Shown: positions 60,104-64,000 of the stretch, one piece after another | How positions within the stretch are numbered: position 1 is the first letter of the stretch | How the letters are laid out: each line of letters opens with the position of its first letter | DNA from: Gammaproteobacteria bacterium | Lineage (GTDB): Bacteria > Pseudomonadota > Gammaproteobacteria > Tethybacterales > CBDBMS01 | Reading direction: 5' to 3' | DNA length: 64,000 nt | Assembly: GCA_965207545.1 (NCBI GenBank) | Contig: CBDBMS010000003.1 | Coordinates: 525,433-589,432, forward strand | Notes under the pieces: generated by a model | What the model was told of the DNA's origin: nothing | Database searches by the model: none | What the model saw: the letters and a program-made list of their open reading frames with translations, nothing else | Translations under genes and position numbers: made by a program

Positions 60104-61545
60104 ACCAGATGGTACGGAATAGCCGAATGGGCATCTCGTTCAATGTGATGACCGAGGACAGCATCCCTGTCATCAAGACTCTCGAAACGCCTTCAACCGT
60201 CAGGGTTCCGCTTAGGCAGTACCACCTCAACCTACCGCTACAGTTCTCCGTCTCAAAAGGGAATCATGTGGAGAAAGGTGCCGTACTGGTTCACGCACTC
60301 AGTGAAAAGGGAGTTCCGGTCCACGCTCCAGTTTCGGGAGTCGTGAGGGGCATGAATGCAGTTCGGCTGGCAGACAGAGACAGGCCGGAATCAGTGGCAG
60401 TTGAGATCAAAGCTGCAGTGGGTGAGCAGAACTGTCACAAGTCCGCATTTCCAGAAAGTCCAGTTGCGAGAATCAAGTCCGCAGGCATTGTCGGTTTGGG
60501 GGGAGCGTGCTATCCCTCCCACCTTAAAATGAAAAGGCTCGGGCACGACGGCACACTGGTCATCAACCTCATGGAAAGCGATCCCGAAATTCTCAACGAC
60601 AGAGCACTTGTCAAAACCCTAGGTGCCGAAAGAACTCTTGATTTGGTCACTGCCGTCTCCAATCAACTGGGAGTGCGGTCGACGATTGTCTGCTATCCGA
60701 TCGGCCAGTTTTTTGCCGAAGCGCTAGGCAAGAGCATAGGCAGAACGGGGGTCACAGCAATTCCAATGCCAAACTTGTACGCTTTGGGAAACTCCAGGAT
60801 TCTTCTGAACCATTTGTGCAGAAACGGAACCTTGGAACCGGGCTTGCGGGCGCCGGTATTCAATTTGGGGACAATACGGGCGATTCACGATGCGCTGTCA
60901 GGTGGCAACCCTCTGGTCTCCCGTCTGGTTACGGTGACGTTCGTAGGCAGTGAGATGCAGACAGTGTATGAAGTTCCACTGGGAACATCACTTGATGTCC
61001 TATGTCAGAACCATGCCGCAGACACTCCCCCTTTGGTGAGAAGTGGGGGGTTTGCACTACCTTGCGACCTGAATCCTGAAGATGTTGTGGGGCCAATGAC
61101 GGGATCAGTCGTGTTCGAACCGGAAAAGGCGACGAAACCACATGTGCTTCCATGCATCGGCTGCAACCTGTGTGACGCTCACTGTCCGGTTAACATAAGT
61201 CCCAGGCGTATACTGTCGGCGCTTGGAAACGGCTTGGAAAGGGCGGTTCGAGAAGGCTTTCTGGAATGCATAGGATGCCAATCCTGCGACTACTCCTGCC
61301 CCAGCACAATTCCAATTGCACGGCTACTCGTGGACGGACAAGAACAGTACAGAGAACAAGTTCGGCAGGAAGAGAAGCGCCAAGCGGCACAAAACCGGTA
61401 CGGACAAACGATGCGGAAACGGACAGCACTAGATGACCGTAACACCTCGTTTGACAACGCACAGGAAGAGAGCCTGGTGAAAGGTCTCGTATCCGGAGCG
61501 ATATCCCGGCAAAAGCGGGGATTCCCAAATCCCCGGGAAATCTGA
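60100..61545 (+). CDS. rnfC: Rnf/Rsx complex subunit C (divergent)
   Basis: The start is set at the ATG at 60100, overlapping the rnfB stop (ATGA). It has a barrel-sandwich N-domain (PVHAPVSGVV), then GIVGLGGACYPSH, and two 4Fe-4S motifs, CIGCNLCDAHCP and CIGCQSCDYSCP. Nucleotide-site motifs are altered (see finding). Confidence 0.7.
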   Translation: MNQMVRNSRMGISFNVMTEDSIPVIKTLETPSTVRVPLRQYHLNLPLQFSVSKGNHVEKGAVLVHALSEKGVPVHAPVSGVVRGMNAVRLADRDRPESVAVEIKAAVGEQNCHKSAFPESPVARIKSAGIVGLGGACYPSHLKMKRLGHDGTLVINLMESDPEILNDRALVKTLGAERTLDLVTAVSNQLGVRSTIVCYPIGQFFAEALGKSIGRTGVTAIPMPNLYALGNSRILLNHLCRNGTLEPGLRAPVFNLGTIRAIHDALSGGNPLVSRLVTVTFVGSEMQTVYEVPLGTSLDVLCQNHAADTPPLVRSGGFALPCDLNPEDVVGPMTGSVVFEPEKATKPHVLPCIGCNLCDAHCPVNISPRRILSALGNGLERAVREGFLECIGCQSCDYSCPSTIPIARLLVDGQEQYREQVRQEEKRQAAQNRYGQTMRKRTALDDRNTSFDNAQEESLVKGLVSGAISRQKRGFPNPREI

Positions 61546-61562
61546 TAGAAAGTGACATTGTA

Positions 61563-62636
61563 ATGATTAGGAAATCAGCAGACTTCGACATTTTGCTTGA
61601 TAGCCGTTCACAGCAAGTACTGAAGTCGATAGTGCACGAATACCTCAAGGATGGAGATCCCGTGGGATCGCGCACCCTCAGCAAGATATCAAGAATGAAC
61701 CTGAGCCCGGCCTCGCTGAGAAATGTCATGGCTGATCTGGAAGGGATCGGTCTGCTCTCCAGTGTCCACACCTCGTCGGGAAGAATCCCAACGGCTAAGG
61801 GCTTGCGGCTTTACATCAGCTCATTGGCCACGCTTAAACCGCCTCCCAAGAACGTCATTGACAACCTGAAGAGAAATCTGAACGTTGAAACCACAACATC
61901 TCTTCTCGACTCAGCCAACAAGACCATATCGCAGATGACATCATTCGCAAGCCTGATTGCCATCTCCAACAGCAGGGAACACCGCATCAAGCGAATACAG
62001 TTCCTCAAGCTTTCCGAAAAGCGCCTGCTTCTAGTCATTGTCACACTGGATGGAAACGTGATCAACAGCGTCCTCTCGCCTGAAGGCGAGTTTTCTGAAT
62101 CCGAACTGACCGCAACAGCCAATTACTTCAACAGGAACTTCAAAGGCAAGACCTTCAGCGAGGCTAGCGAGCTTCTGGGGCGCCAGTTAAAGCGGCTTTA
62201 CCAAAGAATCAGGAAAAGCATCAGGCTTCTTCAGACATCGCTTGACGACCTGCAAAACAAGCATACAGAGAAGGAGGAAAGATTGCTTATCTCGGGAACT
62301 GAAAACCTGCTGCGTCATCATGAGCATGGCAAGGAGATGGACAAGCTCAGGGATCTCCTGAACACCTTGGAATCACGCAAGGGATTCAGAAAGATACTCG
62401 AGAACTGCAACAATGCGCAGGAGGTTCAAATATTCATTGGCGATGAATGTGGCTTCCGGTCATTCAGTGACCTGAGCATGATCTCACTGTCCCTGAAGGA
62501 GAATGAAAAGCCGCTGGGAATGCTGGGCGTCATTGGCCCCAAGTGGATGAAATACGGCCAAGTAATACCGATCATCAAGGTGACTGCACAAATGATCGGC
62601 GAATCTCTTCACCAGATCAAGTCGGAATACGAGTAG
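61563..62636 (+). CDS. hrcA: heat-inducible transcription repressor HrcA
   Basis: 357 aa. The N-terminal winged helix is RSQQVLKSIVHEYLKDGDPVGSRTL, and ...HTSSGRIPT and the C-terminal LGVIGP... are typical of HrcA. Confidence 0.85.
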   Translation: MIRKSADFDILLDSRSQQVLKSIVHEYLKDGDPVGSRTLSKISRMNLSPASLRNVMADLEGIGLLSSVHTSSGRIPTAKGLRLYISSLATLKPPPKNVIDNLKRNLNVETTTSLLDSANKTISQMTSFASLIAISNSREHRIKRIQFLKLSEKRLLLVIVTLDGNVINSVLSPEGEFSESELTATANYFNRNFKGKTFSEASELLGRQLKRLYQRIRKSIRLLQTSLDDLQNKHTEKEERLLISGTENLLRHHEHGKEMDKLRDLLNTLESRKGFRKILENCNNAQEVQIFIGDECGFRSFSDLSMISLSLKENEKPLGMLGVIGPKWMKYGQVIPIIKVTAQMIGESLHQIKSEYE

Positions 62637-62643
62637 AGTAGGG

Positions 62644-63513
62644 CTATCTAATCCCCCTGTTCTTCTTGATCTGCTCATAGGCGTTCCGTATCTGCTGAGT
62701 TTTCTCGTTGGCCAGGTTGATCTCATCCTTAGGCATGCCACGGCTGATGAACTTGTCAGGATGGTATTTGTTGATCAGTTTCCGGTACTTTTTCTTTACA
62801 GTCTCATCTGAATCGCTTTCCTCCGCGCCAAGCGCCTGATATGCAATCTTCAGGCTAGAGCGGCCGCGGCCGCCATCGTAGGGTGAGAAATAGGGTTCTT
62901 CCGAATATCCGTATCCACCGTCCAAAGGGTTGTCATATCCGCCGTGGAAACCTTCGTTGAAGCGGTTGAAATTGGCTTGTGCCGACAGGATGGTGACCAT
63001 TGCCTCAAAGGAGTTTCTTGAAAGTTGCAGCTGCTCAACCACTGTTTCGAGTATGTTCCTATATGGGCGGCTCAGTCCGTACCAGCCGTTCCTCTCCACA
63101 AGAGCGAAAATGATCAGTTTCTCCACTAGGGAGGTCCGTTGCATAATGGGTGCCCCTGTCTTGAGAAAACGGTTGATTCTGTGCTCAAGATCAAACTCCG
63201 GATCGGATCCACGCCTGAAGTGATTCTTGGCACGCTCCCGTCTTTCACCGCTCTCTATGCCGAGCATAAGGAAAATACCCTCGACACGCTTGATTTCAGC
63301 TTCGCTAATGTGTCCGTCATCGGCCCGGGCAAGTCGCCCTAGAATATGAAAGAGAAGGTTTTCCTCCTGTTTCTTGCGCCACATTCCGATGATGCGGTCT
63401 ATGATCGTTCCGCAGACATAGCCCCAAAACAGGCCGATAATGAAGCCGAAATGGTAGGTCATAAAGAGAAAGAAAACTATCTTTCCCGGGTGAACCATGA
63501 GGACTGCTGGCAA
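62644..63513 (-). CDS. djlA: DnaJ-like co-chaperone DjlA
   Basis: It has an N-terminal TM helix, a central TerB-like region, and a C-terminal J-domain, AYQALGAEESDSDETVKKKYRKLINKYHPDK. Confidence 0.85.
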   Translation of the reverse strand: MPAVLMVHPGKIVFFLFMTYHFGFIIGLFWGYVCGTIIDRIIGMWRKKQEENLLFHILGRLARADDGHISEAEIKRVEGIFLMLGIESGERRERAKNHFRRGSDPEFDLEHRINRFLKTGAPIMQRTSLVEKLIIFALVERNGWYGLSRPYRNILETVVEQLQLSRNSFEAMVTILSAQANFNRFNEGFHGGYDNPLDGGYGYSEEPYFSPYDGGRGRSSLKIAYQALGAEESDSDETVKKKYRKLINKYHPDKFISRGMPKDEINLANEKTQQIRNAYEQIKKNRGIR

Positions 63514-63674
63514 GGTACTACTGCTTCTGTATATTAGTCGCGTGGGTACGTGAACGGCTTGACTGCGAGTCTACATGATTGCCTTATAATCCTTTTCACA
63601 GTTGATTCACGCTTATTTAACATAATGTCCATTATGCGAACATCTAGCCGAAGGCATGGCCTGCTGGAACACAC

Positions 63675-64000
63675 ATGAACCTTGCAGCTAGCTTTTATCT
63701 TGCCCACGGCACAACGGTCCAAGGCTACAAGAACATTGAAGCGCTGGGGACAAGCGAAAGGATCATGGTGATTTGCAACCATGTCTCTAGACTTGACGGT
63801 GCGATTCTTGCAAAAGGCCTGCCCGAGGGCTTTGTACTCGGAATCGACCCGCAACGCCATCGGATTGACAAAAACCTCCTACCCAAGTCATCTCTGGTCA
63901 TCGAATTTGATTCCAAAGATCAATCTTCTGTGAAGAAACTTGTTGATGTGATTGAAAAGGAAGGAAAAAATCTTGCGCTTTTCCCGGAAGAAAGAATGAG
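63675..64000 (+). CDS. PlsC/Aas-type acyltransferase, N-terminal fragment (runs off the window end)
   Basis: Own translation from the ATG at 63675 gives MNLAASFYLAHGTTVQGYKNIEALGTSERIMVICNHVSRLDGAILAKGLPEGFVLGID...ALFPEE. It carries the acyltransferase HX4D motif (NHVSRLD) and an FPE(G) block. The frame is closed by a TAG at 63645-63647 upstream. It is not in the ORF track because it has no stop in the window. Confidence 0.7.
   Translation, partial: MNLAASFYLAHGTTVQGYKNIEALGTSERIMVICNHVSRLDGAILAKGLPEGFVLGIDPQRHRIDKNLLPKSSLVIEFDSKDQSSVKKLVDVIEKEGKNLALFPEERM

Noticed and set aside
61190-61771. 193-aa minus-strand ORF spanning the rnfC/hrcA junction.
   Set aside because: It is antisense to two well-supported genes and its sequence is Ser/Arg/Leu-rich with no motif.
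63534-63860. 108-aa minus-strand ORF between djlA and the window end.
   Set aside because: It overlaps the 5' part of the plus-strand acyltransferase gene, which carries the HX4D motif. Its own translation has no recognisable features.
1-64000. Search for CRISPR arrays, IS elements/transposases, integrases, prophage genes, toxin-antitoxin pairs or known defence genes, including next to the four tRNA genes.
   Set aside because: I found no repeat-spacer periodicity, no partial duplication of tRNA 3' ends, and no ORF with recombinase, nuclease-helicase or toxin-like motifs. The window reads as core genome.

Overview
Compact chromosomal segment of a Gram-negative, Pseudomonadota-like bacterium with moderate GC (not computed). 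It is almost entirely housekeeping. I call about 64 protein-coding genes, 4 tRNAs (Ser-CGA; a Pro-TGG/Arg-TCT/His-GTG cluster), one gene relic and one short direct repeat. I saw no rRNA, CRISPR array, transposase, integrase, phage gene or recognisable defence gene. Conserved blocks: ilvD / lgt / spoT-rpoZ-gmk-yicC; spuC plus a potD-B-C-A-type polyamine ABC importer; nuoF-G-H-I; glyA-nrdR-ribD-alr-mlaA; fis-purH-purD; an 11-kb co-directional run rpsF-rpsR-rplI-rpsB-tsf-pyrH-hemA-prfA-prmC-mutM-moeB-trmJ-aspS; mgtE; uvrB; pyrD-perM-aat; a stop/start-coupled redox operon (5'-nucleotidase, FAD oxidoreductase, MOSC, thioredoxin-fold YyaL-like, trxB, Smr); moaD-moaE-rnfA-rnfB-rnfC-hrcA; djlA. Many ORF-track starts were trimmed using homology-typical N-termini and neighbouring stop codons. 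Nothing here is an obvious new mobile or defence system. Points worth a second look: (1) an NrdR orthologue with a tandemly duplicated zinc ribbon; (2) the coupled redox operon; (3) a translationally coupled ABC-2-like permease plus unknown membrane protein, with no ATPase, lying divergent to an orphan 8-TM histidine kinase; (4) respiratory operons present only as fragments (nuoFGHI without A-E/J-N; rnfABC without D/G/E, fused to moaDE and hrcA); (5) a carbon-nitrogen hydrolase relic coupled to spuC; (6) convergent genes with touching or overlapping stop codons. All family assignments come from reading translated sequence against remembered motifs. No database search was possible.
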